Source: Aplysia californica (taxonomy: Eukaryota). From it: a stretch of DNA of 64,000 nt. The notes under the pieces are model-generated. The model had not been told where the DNA came from. It searched no databases and was given only the letters and a program-made list of their open reading frames with translations. Of the stretch, positions 35,255 through 48,742 are shown in pieces (positions within the stretch are counted from its first letter, which is position 1; every line of letters begins with the position of its first letter). Location of the stretch: positions 266,099 to 330,098 of the forward strand of contig NW_004798005.1 of NCBI RefSeq assembly GCF_000002075.1, given 5' to 3'. The position numbers were made by a program, and so were the translations under genes.

Positions 35255-37867
35255 AGCTCATCGATAGCACCTGCGGTGGTAAGATAAAATATATATATAT
35301 ATATAAATATCCTGTTTCCAGCAGCTCATATCTGAAAGAAACGGATGGGAAAAGTGTGGTTTTACTTTTTTTTAAAATTAAAAAAATATCTATATACTTT
35401 TCTGGCAGTATATTGCATGATAACATTGTTCAATACCCCATTAGACAAAGTTAACGGACGCCTTATGTTTGGGAGAAAAGATGGCCAGTCTCTATAGTAT
35501 AACCATTCCCTCAGCACCCTACTCATCATAATAATAATGTTNNNNNNNNNNNNNNNNNNNNNNNNNNNNNNNNNNNNNNNNNNNNNNNNNNNNNNNNNNN
35601 NNNNNNNNNNNNNNNNNNNNNNNNNNNNNNNNNNNNNNNNNNNNNNNNNNNNNNNNNNNNNNNNNNNNNNNNNNNNNNNNNNNNNNNNNNNNNNNNNNNN
35701 NNNNNNNNTCTTACTTTCCTTTTCCCTCCCTACCTCCCTCCCTTTCTCCTGTTCCTCTCTCTATTTCTTTCCTTTTCCCTCCCTACCTCCCTCCCTTTCN
35801 NNNNNNNNNNNNNNNNNNNNNNNNNNNNNNNNNNNNNNNNNNNNNNNNNNNNNNNNNNNNNNNNNNNNNNNNNNNNNNNNNNNNNNNNNNNNNNNNNNNN
35901 NNNNNNNNNNNNNNNNNNNNNNNNNNNNNNNNNNNNNNNNNNNNNNNNNNNNNNNNNNNNNNNNNNNNNNNNNNNNNNNNNNNNNNNNNNNNNNNNNNNN
36001 NNNNNNNNNNNNNNNNNNNNNNNNNNNNNNNNNNNNNNNNNNNNNNNNNNNNNNNNNNNNNCTGTCAGTACTAGATCTATATGTTATTATCTAGATTTAG
36101 CTGGTAGCATATACACAGTTAATGATTTGTCAAATTTAAGATTCATTTTCAAACGTCATTTTGGAAATTACACAAATGTATGACGAGACCGTGTAGATGC
36201 AGACACAGGGTGCTTGATTGGGGAGTTTGAGGCCGCTCCCCCCGAGGCGAGGGGATACAATATTGTGTGTAAATTGTTCCCTCTCGACTCGGGTTCGAGG
36301 ATCCTGTGTCGGAATCTCCGCAACTTCATATATAAATAAGTATAAAGTCTTTAACCCAATTGTGAATTGCTGCCTGCAAACCCCTTACGAAACCCCAAAA
36401 ATAATCTCTACCACTGTACTAGCTACCTACTAAGGTCCTCTCTTCACTTGTCTTGGTCCGCTAGAATAGGCTAATACTAACAAGGTCACCATAGCAGAGA
36501 CTGTGCCCACCATTTCGGAACTTCACGGTGACATTAAAGATGGTTCCAGTAGGGAACGGGATAGCGGGTGCCCACATCCCTCGTGACTCATCAGAGCAGA
36601 GGAAGATAGGACTAACGCTAACATTATTTTTTTTTAAACAACAACAATCAAATAACAGAAGCATGTTTTCTTATAATTATAAACGTAAGCACCATCCCAC
36701 ATCATCACTTACCACCACCATCACCGTCATTTCTAAGGTCATCATTGCTCTCAGATCCTTCACAAACATCTATAATTATCTTAAACATCTATATGTAACA
36801 GTTATATGTCATAACAAATTTGTACGTTATACATTATTGGGCACTCTCATACGCACATTTTTCTACTAATCAGATGGCGTCAATATCATAGACATGGGCA
36901 AGGGACCAAAAAAAAAAAAAGATTTACTACGTAGGTGTCTTGTAGACAAAGAAGATAAACCTTTTTCTTCATTTTCAGCAGCCAGTTCTCGTGTTTTTGG
37001 GATGGATTTGCGGGTTGGGATGGGAGTGGGTGTGAGGAGGTGTTAATTACTGGTTTCACCCCATTCATTTAAACAAGTCTTGAACACTGCAACTAGTTAG
37101 TGTAAAAGAAATAGTTACTCTTGTAATTGCTTTTGGTAATGAAAAGGTAGACTTGTGAGTTATTGTAACTGATGAAATATAATATCTGTCTTAAAAAATT
37201 AGTCGAAGTCACCCCTTAATTTAACAGTGACAAATGTTAGTTTCTTTTGTACCACTCGAAAAGCAAAGCAGATATTCATATAAGAAACCTTTTACGAGCA
37301 AAGAATAATTTCGAGTTACGAGTAGACAAAACATTTATATAGAATTACTTTGTTCATAAACCCGCACTCTAACACATCTATAATTGTCGCTAAGAACAGA
37401 CATACTGTTACAGAGACTGTAAAGCACATTATTATAGCTTGCCTTTCGGGTGGAATTTGGGCTAAACAATAATTGCTAGGGAACATGTCATAATAATAAT
37501 ATATCATAGTATAAAAAAAATAATTGGCCAGATAAACGTAGACTGAAACCGTCACTTTGAAGAAAACTGTAATTTGTTCTTAAAACGTGGAAAGCTGAAC
37601 AAAGCCAGGCGAAACACTGATGTAAATAAGGCAAGTTGAGCGTCTCAGACAACATTCTTTCTGTATTTCTTTTTTATTATTGAAGGGACACCTTCAACAA
37701 TGAAGTGAAGCATATCTGTGAGCATCATACCATTCCAGGCCTTCCTGGTCTTTGTTTATTTTGAATTGTGCAATTGAGAAAAAAAGCTATACTAGTAAAT
37801 AAACATTATGTGCGTAAAAAACCCGTGCGTAGAAATAGACTCATCCTAAGCTCCCCTACAGCATAAG

Positions 37868-38120
37868 ATGGTATCGTCCACGTCTGGAACAATTAACCAT
37901 GTCACTTTCTCTTCGAATGAGAATACGATGGAGGCCATGACGCCTTCTTCCGTTAAGTTTGTACCTTTTCTCAGTAATGAAGAGCGGGGAGCCATAGCAA
38001 TACTGAACTTCGTGGTCATCTGTGGACTTGTCAGTTTGATGGGCATTGTAGCCAACGTCATCAATATAGTGGTATTTGCGAAGCTTGGGTTCCAAGACTC
38101 CATGAATATAAGTCTTACCG
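37868..38120 (+). CDS. Chemosensory-type GPCR gene 3, exon 1
   Basis: MVSSTSGTINHVTF...GIVANVINIVVFAKLGFQDSMNISLTG, phase-1 donor G|GTGAGA. Confidence 0.9.
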
Positions 38121-38415
38121 GTGAGAATGATATGATAGAGTGGCTTGAAACCTCCAAATCTAGATACATCNNNNNNNNNNNNNNNNNNNNNNNNNNNNNN
38201 NNNNNNNNNNNNNNNNNNNNNNNNNNNNNNNNNNNNNNNNNNNNNNNNNNNNNNNNNNNNNNNNNNNNNNNNNNNNNNNNNNNNNNNNNNNNNNNNNNNN
38301 NNNNNNNNNNNNNNNNNNNNNNNNNNNNNATCACACACATAGATACTAATACATACGAAGCACCTTCAAGTGTCTTGCTCAGTTCCATCTTTAATTTCTT
38401 TCTGATATTACTTCA

Positions 38416-38944
38416 TGGGGGCTCTCGTGGCCTAGAGGTTAAGGTGTTGGCCTCTCATTCAAAGGTCCAGGGTTCGATTCTGGGTAGCGACCAAAAAAAT
38501 TTTCTTCTCTAAAATTGTCTCCTTTCACATCCTTTCCTGATCTCTAACAATGTTCTGTTGTCTGCTTTCCTTTCCACTTTCTGCCCCCACCCCCTCACAT
38601 CCTTTGCCCTCTCCTCTGGGCTCCTGACTCTTTCTGCAGCCTTTCTACTGCTACTCCTTGGCTCCTCCTAACTGCTGTCTTTCTGCCACACCCCTGATCT
38701 TCTGGTAGGAAAGATCTACACCTAGCCTTCTCGGACAAGGGCAAAAAATCTCGGAGGGCCCGTGTGCAAGTTGCGCACGTTAAAAATCCCTTGGTGGTCT
38801 AAAATCGATAAGAGGAGGCTTCGGCCGCCACCCGGGCAAAATTCAAAATTTCCTACCAACGAAAAAGTATTAGGTGTGTCCCGCGCGCTCATATGACCTT
38901 ATGCAGTTGCGAACGCCGTAAAACCCTATACTAAACAAACAATA
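38416..38944 (+). mobile_element. Full-length tRNA-derived SINE in intron 1 of gene 3
   Basis: A box TGGCCTAGAGG, B box GGTTCGATTC, (AAAC) tail. 14-bp TSD CTGATATTACTTCA at 38402-38415 and 38945-38958. Empty paralogous site near 60258. Confidence 0.9.
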
Positions 38945-39169
38945 CTGATATTACTTCAGACCTACAGAGTACAAACAAAAGGGTCCAAGAACGTTGTAAC
39001 CCTATATCTTACCTTCTCTTTGTCTCCCACTCTGTCTCTCTCAAGTTTCCTTTTGTTTCTCTCTGACTATCTCTGTCTCTGAACAGAAAGGAACTGCTGT
39101 ACTATTCTCCTTATCGATAACCTGACCGGTCTATTTTATTTTGTTCCAAGAAGTTCATACCAGCATGTC

Positions 39170-39277
39170 ACAGACACACACATACACGTATAAGTCTGCA
39201 CATACACAAACACTCACACACACAGGCACACACACACATACATACAGACACGAGCACACGCATCTATCTATCTACAT

Positions 39278-39333
<56 letters not shown>

Positions 39334-39445
39334 GCACACACACATACACATAGAAACCTACACAGACATACACACGTATACAAACTTACCCACAAATGCA
39401 CACACATTCACAAACACACACACTGACACACTTACACACATACTT
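39170..39445. repeat. (CA)n-rich and (TATC)n microsatellite
   Basis: Directly visible. Confidence 0.9.
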
Positions 39446-40209
39446 CAAGCGTTTCCAGAACAGTCTTTTTTGCAATTTCTTTTCAGGTTATTTATTGGAT
39501 CTCTTTGAGCACCCACCGCCCGAACCAAAATGAATGAATTTTATCTGCCTCTCTTTATTTGTATATTATAATAATATGCTTTCCACGTTTCAGTTTTTGC
39601 CTCGAAAGATATGTATCTACATTCAAAATATAAACGCAAAAGTTATATACATTCCCAACTGATATTGGGCTCAGGGTACTAATTTTGAGTTACATACGTC
39701 GGAATCAAAATGAAGAAGCAAAGACTGTATTAAGATAACTTCAATTTGAGAAACAAAATCGTCATCATAGCAGTCATTGCGATATGTATGTCACTGCATT
39801 ACGCTTACATTGCAGTATAAACATAATTATTTTCACAACAAATGAGATAACTCACAATAACGGGAGATGCAGTACTTCAATAGTTAAACTGAGACACATG
39901 AACATCTAATCTGAGATTCACATGTGTGGTGCATCGATGTCTGTTTTTTCGATTCCTTCATATTGTTTCTTACTCTAACAAGTGATCAGGTGCTCCGCTT
40001 TTAAAACACCACATTTGTGCATACTACTTGTATTGCGATGACGGATTCCGAAATTTGAAAAAAAATGTGTTCAGGTCTAACGGACGCAATCCTTTTCGAC
40101 AATGGTGTAGAAATCAAGATAATGGGGGAAAAAACATAATACAATTTAAAAATCACCAACACAAACAGAAACTACACAGCTACTCAAAAATATTTTTTTC
40201 TGGTTTCAG

Positions 40210-40357
40210 GCCTTGCTGTATCCGACCTGTGCTCATTACTGCTCATGTTGTGGTGCAGTCTTAATAACAACCCGGTTATTGACAACTTTGGCCTGCCTGC
40301 TGTGCCTCATGATTTCGTACACTTGACTGGTGGCTGGCCACATGCTTGCTTCGTCAG
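40210..40357 (+). CDS. GPCR gene 3, exon 2
   Basis: TTTCAG acceptor and AG|GTAGG donor. The 148 nt read GLAVSDLCSLLLMLWCSLNNNPVIDNFGLPAVPHDFVHLTGGWPHACFVR. Confidence 0.92.
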
Positions 40358-41229
40358 GTAGGATATTAATTTCTTTGTATTACAGTTTAAAATTTCAGAG
40401 AGATCGCATTTTGCTTTTCCTCATTTTTGTGTCTCGGTATTAGTGGGTGATAATATCTTCTTGAGCCAAACAACGGCCTCGTGGATGGCTTACTTTAAAT
40501 GAACTTTATCCACCCCTTTGTATCGTTAGATATCGAGGAGAGGTGTATTGTTCGGCCAATGGTTACGTGAGTTGCTTTTGTTGTTGATACGTTATTCTTT
40601 TAAAACCTTCATTATCATTAGGCCTACAATACTTTGGTTTAAAGGAAGTTAAAGATTATTTCCTATCTCCCTCACAATTTCATATCTCTGTAGATAGCAT
40701 CGTCGTTTCCTTGAATGGATATACGTGCGGTAGCAACAAATGACATGGAAGCATCATAGAAGCGGAGTTCATTGCTGTTGCTTACCTTTGATGCCATTGC
40801 GTTGAAGCAAGTGTTTGGAGAAATCAAGGCACATGTAGAGAATTTTTTTTTCTAAACTTACAGTAGGCTAAACTCCTGCATGCCTCGTGTTTAATCTATT
40901 TTCGATGTGTTTCTGTCTGCTATCTATAACTTTCTCTTCAGCAGTTACTTTGGAAATATTTGTCCCACAGCAATGATACCCGCCCCCCTAAAAAAACAAA
41001 AAACCCCCCCAAAAAAACACAACAAAACAACACACCTTTTCACGCCACGGTTGAAGCCGTTTACATCATTCAAGGCTGCTCGACACACCTGCAGACAATC
41101 CTTCCTCCTACTCACCCGCACGCACAACCAAATCAAACATCTTTTTCATAAATATTTTAAACCACTTATTTAGTTTTTTGTTGAAATGATGAATCCACTA
41201 AACGTTTAATCTGTCCTATCTTTCCACAG

Positions 41230-41890
41230 AATTACTGGCTGCATTACCGCTTTCATCGCGTTCGAAAGATGCTTGTGTATCGCCTTACCTCTGAAGATCA
41301 AGAGGATTCTGACTCGACGAAGAACAAAGATCACAATTGTCTCTATCTTTATCCTCATGATTTGTGTCTTTTCCCCTTTCTACTACTCGACCAGACTGTC
41401 TTGGGTACTAGATCCAGTCAGAAACACCTCACTACTGTCAATAACCTTTGCTGAAGAAAGAGAAATTGTGGATTCCATTGTGTTTATGATCCAGGGCGTA
41501 ATAATTAACACGTTTACCTTCATCACTGTCATCTGTTGCACCATCATTCTCGTTATTAAGTTGAACAGTAAGACAAAATGGCGTCAAGCCACGGCTTGCA
41601 AAGGACTCGGTGGAAAAGAGGAATTTGGGGCCAAAGAAAAAAAGGTTGTGAAGTCTGTCATCCTCATTTCCACAATCTTTATAGTTTGTTTCATGCCAGC
41701 GGCGGTGACTTTTCTTGCCATGTTTCTAGAACCAGAATTCAATGCTGGAGGGAAATATGAAAATTTATGTATTGCCGCTGCCTCATTTGTGTTCACAATG
41801 GAAACAGTTAATTCCAGTGTTAACATTTTTGTATATCTGAACATGAGCTCAAAGTACAGAGAAATGTTTATGACAATCTTCAAAAGGTAG
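41230..41890 (+). CDS. GPCR gene 3, exon 3
   Basis: TTTTCCACAG acceptor; FERCLCIALP, FIVCFMP, VNSSVNIFVY; stop TAG. Spliced CDS is 253+148+661 = 1062 nt, 353 aa. Confidence 0.93.
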
Positions 41891-42629
41891 TGGACCCTAG
41901 ATTTAAAAAATCCAAACAAAATACAATCAATTTGGCGAGAATAAAGACAGAGTGTGTGAAGAGCTAGAAACAAAACTGATGTCGTCGCGGCTGGATAAAT
42001 GGCAGGGGAAAGATCTTCTCCCACACAGCCTGTGCCGAATACTAGCCTACTGGTTTTGGTTCAGCAAGAGTTTTACAGCACTTACAACTGCACAAAGCCT
42101 ATTCTTTGGTACGGACATGTTGCTTTAAAGAAGAAATCTGACCTCTGACCCCCAGATGAAAGAGGGCCATTGAAACCTTTTTATTGTCCAAAATGGCATA
42201 TTGGAGGCCTAGAAAACAAAGTTAAGGTGCCTTATTTTGCATATAAAACTACTGAAGCCCCCCCTCCTGTTTCCCCATTTGTGCTATTTCTTTGCTCAGG
42301 TCAGTCTCTCTTTTGATAACGAAAAAGTTAATGTCCAACCACCCCACCCCCCCTCCCCGTGAAAAAAGAATAACAACAACAACAAAACCAAACAGACAAC
42401 CCCCCACAAAAACAAACAAACCAAAAACATTATCAGCACCAGCAATAAGACATACAAAGAAAAGCATGAGAGAGGAGGGAGGAGGGAGAGGTATCTGTAT
42501 GGAGAATGAATAAACAGAAGTCAAAACAGAACCACAGAGATAAACAATTCACAAATGAAACGATGACGCACAACGGGTGCCTATTCATCCCTGATAGACT
42601 GAAAGCTGTTGGGACACACTACTCTAATA

Positions 42630-43070
42630 GGGCATGAGAGGATATAACAGTGAATAGAGCGCTGTAACAGCGGCTAAGGGAACTAAGAACAACTCCGAGA
42701 GAGGCTCAAACCGATTTCACAATCACTCAGCGTCGTCGTCTCCAAAATAATAACCCGACGCCCCCCCCCCCCAATACCTTCCTTTTAAATACCAAGGTCC
42801 CGAAGCCCTAGAGAAGCTCATCACCATCATCTTCAACATGACCGTCTGCTCAGCAGACGTGCCACAAATGTGGAAGGACGCCATCATTGACAATCTTCTG
42901 AAATCTAGTAAACCAACAACCAACAATACACCTTGCGGACCAAAAAATCCTCAAGTTCTGTATCATTGAGACGATGATGCCCAAACGACTGCATGACTTG
43001 GCTGCCTGAAAAGGACAGTTTTCAAAACTACAGGCCGGTTTCTGAATGGGTGGAAGAGGTGTGGAAGACC
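42630..43070 (+). mobile_element. Degenerate LINE RT fragment (paralog of 5480-5965)
   Basis: Colinear homology with 5480-5965. Confidence 0.65.
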
Positions 43071-44609
43071 AAAGTTAAAATACGGCTTCAGAGTGATCCT
43101 GCGTTTTATTTTTACTGTACCTTTGTAATTGTAGATAAGGTAATGACGTCATAACCATGATATTTGAACTGTTGAACTAGTTTGATTTTTTTTTAACCTT
43201 TACTTTTGGCACTACTAAAATGGTTTGTTTATCTTCTTTAAAGATATTACGGGATATTTTGTTTTATTGAAACATAAAACCATTATTTTCACTTTCGTCA
43301 CAGCAACGGGCTATCTAGAAGCAATTAACGGCCTTCCTTTGAATTTGCAATTAAAACTGTTTCATCCGCATACAGATGTTATTGGTACTTTTTCCATTCT
43401 TTTTGAGACTTCGACATTTCTTTATATTGTGACAATGACCCTGTAGTATAGTCATGTTTAAGCATACCTGGATACTTGGAGGTGACATCTCTGACTCAGA
43501 GGTTGACGTGAAATGGCTATCTTTCACGATGGTGAAGTGCCGTTGCACATTCTGCCATATCCAAGCCAGTCTATGTTTAAACGTTGTCCATCTATGATAT
43601 TTATCGCCTTCCTCTGGCTCTCCTGCCCTACATCTTTCCTTCAAGCACCTCTTTCACAATAGTCTTTGTCGTTTTAAGTGGCTGTAGTATTGTATTTTTC
43701 TACATTTTAGTTTGTTTAGCAGGGTTTGTCTTGTGTGTAGAATCCGACACACCTCTATGTTGGTCTTTTTGTTTTCCAACTTATTCTTGTCATTCTACGG
43801 TAGCATCACCTCTCAAACACTTTTGTTTTGTTTTCTTCGTTCCTTTTCAAAGTCCAGGTCTCTTCGCCATATTAGAATATGGGGAAGATGTAGCATGTTG
43901 TTTATCCAGAAGATTTTGATAGGACTATTGTTTTTGCTTTCTTGGCGTTTATGTCGAGGCCTGCCTTGTTACAGTTCACTTTTACTACTTTCACAATTTA
44001 GGAAAAAATATTCTTTCGTCAAAGCACCAATCCATAATATGAAAAAGACGTTTCCAAGGCAAGCCAAGCATTGAAATAAGCAATAGATTTAACTCCTTAT
44101 AGGACATTACTAAGTCGGAAGAATTATGAGAATGATAAAGGTTTCGACATTTGAATCTGTTGAATACGCAACAACCCTCCNNNNNNNNNNNNNNNNNNNN
44201 NNNNNNNNNNNNNNNNNNNNNNNNNNNNNNNNNNNNNNNNNNNNNNNNNNNNNNNNNNNNNNNNNNNNNNNNNNNNNNNNNNNNNNNNNNNNNNNNNNNN
44301 NNNNNNNNACACCGATGATAGCAAAAAACAAAGTGCATTATCCCTGGACATAACAAATCAAAGTAAAAAACGTACAATAAATAATATGTTTTGAACTGTC
44401 CCGCGGTAATTTGCAAATTGCAACACTAAAATTGGCAAAACTTTGCCCCCCAATATGCCAATATTTGCCCAAATTTACCAAGAAATCGGCATTCAGAATC
44501 CATACAGACAATTGCTGCTTACCCCATGAAACAGACATACTGAAAAAGACCTGCATTTTGGGGGGCTATTTTGAAAATTCATACATTCTTTTATCAAAAG
44601 AATATTAGA

Positions 44610-45140
44610 AAGCTTTATATAAACACCATCTTTACACAGGAATAGTTTATCAAGAAACATCACAATGGAACTGAAACTAAGGCTTGTGAACTGCAACATT
44701 ATTCCAATCGTGTCCTATGTCGCGGAAACTTGGACAATGTACAAAAATTAAGTGAGCAAGATTGAGGCTCAGGAAATGTGGATCTTTCGTAGACTAGGCT
44801 GAATCAGCTGGAAAGACAAAATCCCAAATGAAGCTGTGATGCAAAGACGTAAAGTCAAAAGAGAAGTACTACGATACCCAAACGAAATCAGTAAAACTTA
44901 CATACTGAGGGAACACCAAGCGCCATGACTCACTACAAAGGACAATTCTCACTGGTTGGATGAAAGGGAAAAGAGCTAGAGGCAGACAACGGGTTATTAT
45001 AAACTGATGATGTAAAAGCCGGGATGGGTAACAGCTTGGCTATGTGCATGCTCAGATCACACAACTGAACTGGTTGGAGACTCATGGTAAGATGACCTCC
45101 GAAAGTCAGGGATGATTCCTAGGCAAGGCAAGGCAAGTCA
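44610..45140 (+). mobile_element. RTE-clade LINE 3' fragment
   Basis: LKLRLVNCNIIPIVSYVAETWTM...EMWIFRRLG.ISWKDKIPNE...KRARGRQ, with an (AGGCA)n tail at about 45121-45137. Confidence 0.75.
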
Positions 45141-45736
45141 TGCATTTGAAAAATAAATCTGCAAAAAGAAAATACAATCAAATTTACATCCTTCTCGAGA
45201 GCAATGAAGTTATTGCAACATAGAAACACTAATGCCTTCAAGTTTTCTTTATTGAGGTGTCATCTCCTCCCAGAAAAAAAACAAGATTGTAAATCTACTG
45301 GTTGCTACAGTTAATGCTCCAACAGTGTACCAGTGTCAGCGGCAAAAACTAGTAGCATAAATTGAATAGTATTATAATAAAGATCTAGACTGCGAATTAA
45401 GTTCAGAACGAAGGGAAACAAACCTGGCAGACTTCCAAGGGCCTGATGTGAAATTTGAGTTCGAGAACGGCTCAAAAGAAGGAAAATATTTATGAAAACT
45501 ACGATTTTTGTCAAATTTGCGGAAGTTTGCCGAGAGCTGAGAAATTTGCGGCCGCAAATTTGCATTTGCGACGGCGAAAAACCGAGATGACAGAATTTGG
45601 ATGGTGAAATTAAGGAAACGTGTTATGAAGCAGAGGATACGTAGATACAATCAATGATCATTGCTAAGATAAATATTGAGAAGAAACTAAACAAGACAGC
45701 AAAATCCGCGAGTTACGAAATCTATTACTGGATGTA

Positions 45737-46323
45737 CAGACTTAAACATAAGGTAAGGAACACTTGCAAACACTCTGAGTTGTCTTCTTGGATCGACCTG
45801 CACGTGGGCGTTCTTGGACTGATCTATTGGTCTGATGGCACTGCCTCAAGCGGACAACGTCCGAATGTGACACTGCAAACCTTCTAAAAAATTCTCTGGC
45901 TCCAACTCCATCCTGCAGCCATGTCATAGCTCTGGCATGATCAAAGTCTCTCAGCTTTCGTCTCCGTGCCATATTGATGCGATACTGGATTTTGCGCAGA
46001 CGGCCGCTTATATTGCCACCAAAGTGAGCACAGTTCGAGACCATACGTCCGTTTGTGACGTGCACCAGAAATGTTAACTGAGAAATGTCCGTGGTGTTGC
46101 ACACAAGTCGATAAAAAAACAGCAAATTTGGCCAAAATTCCCCGAGGATTTCCATGCTGCACCTGGTGGTTATGCCCTTTAAGGAAGCTTTGCAGTACGC
46201 ATTGGTAACCCATTAACACTTTCAGACAAAACAATTTGAAACATTCCTTGCAGGCTTTTCTCGGAATGAAAAAATAACACAGGGCTGTCAGTTAAGGTGG
46301 TCCTTAACTTATGTTGAAGTCTG
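45737..46323 (-). mobile_element. Internally deleted Tc1-like transposon
   Basis: Imperfect ~27-bp TIRs CAGACTTAAACATAAGGTAAGGAACAC and GTGGTCCTTAACTTATGTTGAAGTCTG, with TA on the left. Minus-strand paired-like HTH and RPRAGR motif. Confidence 0.8.
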
Positions 46324-46576
46324 CATCATTATCAGAGCAGCACACAGTTACCAAACAAAGTAAATCTCTACATGACAATTCAGGAACAGATTTCTTATTT
46401 TTCTCAAACTAAGGGAGGATACCAAAAGAATATCAAATCTGTTTCAGTTGCATAATTCTCTCCCTTGACTAGCTCAGTTTTCATTCACCCATTAAAAAAA
46501 ATTATGTCCGACCCCCCCCCCCCCTCTTCCTTCTCTTTTCTTTTTCTCTCACTCACTCTCGCTCCCCTGCCACCCT

Positions 46577-46652
<76 letters not shown>

Positions 46653-47279
46653 GTCTTCCCGTATCCTCCCCGCCCACCCAAGCTGAAAACCTTAAACAAA
46701 ATTACAGCACATAAAGAAGAGCAGCCGCCCCCCCCCTCTTTCAAAAAGAACCAACAGAAAACCCCCCAAACCCTCCAACCCCCTCCACCCCAAAAAAACA
46801 AAAACAAAAAAACAACAACAACCGAACACGCAACACCCCCCTCCTCCCCCCAAAAAAACCCAACAACAAACAAACAAAAAAACAACAAAAAACAACAAGC
46901 CCTCAACAAGTGAACGACAAAGAAATTCAACAACAAAATACAAAAGTTAGTTTGCAAACTGTTTGAAAAAGTAATCTGTCACCCTTCTAGTAATAATATT
47001 ATTGTGCTCACACAGACGTCGCGTTCAGTAATAATTAATATAGGTACCCAACGACTATATAAAGAAAACGAGGGAGATCTAAACGATCCTTGGTAACCAC
47101 TGACCACAGGGCATGATTTTTCTCGTCACCAAAGTGAATGCTAATTATTTCATCGCTTCAGGAGCTGGCTAGCTACTTCTGGAGACTTTATTCCAGTGGC
47201 AGTTTTGGGGCTAAAGAAACTTATTGTTGAAAGCATGATGTTTCCCACGAGAGAAAAATGTTGATGTTCATTGACTGTA

Positions 47280-48050
47280 CTATAAGATAAAAGAAGACAA
47301 GATAAGATGCATCTTAATTGTCCGGATCCTGGCACATTGGTTTGGTGTTCCATCACGTATACACGCGCGCGCACACACATACACCCCCCCCCACACACAC
47401 ACATAGACACACACGTACACACGTACACATACACACACACGCACACGCAAACACACACACACACACACACACATACACACACATGCACACACGCAGGCTT
47501 ACAGTCCTAAGCATAATATTAATGAATAGTAATATAAACAATAATAATCTTAAGCTAGATACATACTCAAGGTTATTTTGATGCATACTCAAAGGCCATA
47601 TGAATACTTGTAACAAGATAGGAGAATTTTGATGGATGATGGTAAAAATGACTTTCTGTATCTTTCTTTGTTACAGATCAAAAGCCCAGGTCTTTAACTT
47701 CTGACTGATGTTTTTATTTGTGGGAACACGGGATGTTTATTGTCTAAAAAGATGGAACTGATGTTTTTAAAAAAAGTGCAAGCTATTATGCATAATTCAT
47801 CCAAGTAGGGGAATGTAGATGATGAAAATTTGCATGTTTTCCGTATTAATTGATTTAAATTTTATTTTTTTGTTGTTAGTGTTCCCGGCCCATGCTATTA
47901 TATAGAAATTGATCATACTTTCTATGGTTAAATGAGAGAATATGAACATCAATGTTTTACCAAATTTAAAATTCATGAGTTTCCTTAGTAAAAAATAGTT
48001 TTGTGTTCACTTTTTAAGGAGGAGAGAAGTGTGGACGCTATGATAACATT
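47280..48050 (-). mobile_element. Rex-Babar/L2-group LINE 3' fragment (inverted paralog of 10135-11036)
   Basis: Reverse-complement colinearity with 10135-11036. Lacks the 99-bp duplication. Confidence 0.7.
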
Positions 48051-48057
48051 ACAACGA

Positions 48058-48216
48058 AGGTGACCTAGTAGTTTGGCTCACAGACTTACAACCGTAGGGT
48101 CGTGGGTTGGAATCCCGCCAGGGGCACGACGTCGTGTCCTTGTTTTAGTAAGCGTTTTTCCGAAACGTGCAACAAAGGAGTCATATCTGTGCCGAAGATC
48201 AGCGGTGTTACAAAAG

Positions 48217-48272
<56 letters not shown>

Positions 48273-48687
48273 GAAGGAGGACAGATAAGGACGATAAATG
48301 TTTCGAAGGAAAGAAGGAGCAAATCACACCAGAAAACCCGCCAACCACCCACAATTGTGTCCTTGGGAAAAGCATTTTACATGAATTCTCACTTCCCCCA
48401 GGTGGGAATGGGTACCCGGCTATACACAGCGAAAGATCTTGTCAGTTTGTTAGTGTTTGAACACGTTCAATCCCCAGCTTGCACTGTATGCTTCTTAGAA
48501 AGTTGAGAATGTTGCTGAGAGTACTACGGTCTGCTGGGATAATAATAGTTATAAAACGCACAGAATATTCTGTAAAGCGTGGATATAATAAATATGCTGT
48601 ATAAGTGCAAGCATTAGTATTGTCGTTACTTTTGTTTATAACACCATTATTATTGCAATTTTTGTTATCGCTTTATTAATTTTATTA

Positions 48688-48742
<55 letters not shown>

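Larger units (their letters stand above)
30081..36920 (+). mobile_element. Full-length Tx1/L1-clade LINE, copy B (6840 bp, single ORF2)
   Basis: Same 16-bp TSD at 30065-30080 and 36921-36936. A13 tail at 36908-36920. Confidence 0.95.
29108..38150 (+). repeat. Near-identical block copy B
   Basis: Offset from copy A is 12614 before and about 9145 after the ORF2 duplication. Confidence 0.95.

Noticed and set aside
38416-38495. Possible tRNA gene
   Set aside because: It is the head of a 529-bp SINE with a TSD and a second truncated copy; no proper acceptor stem or terminator.
44395-45580. Imperfect inverted repeats at about 44400-44490 and 45500-45575 (old MITE?)
   Set aside because: Similarity is weak and no termini or TSD can be defined.
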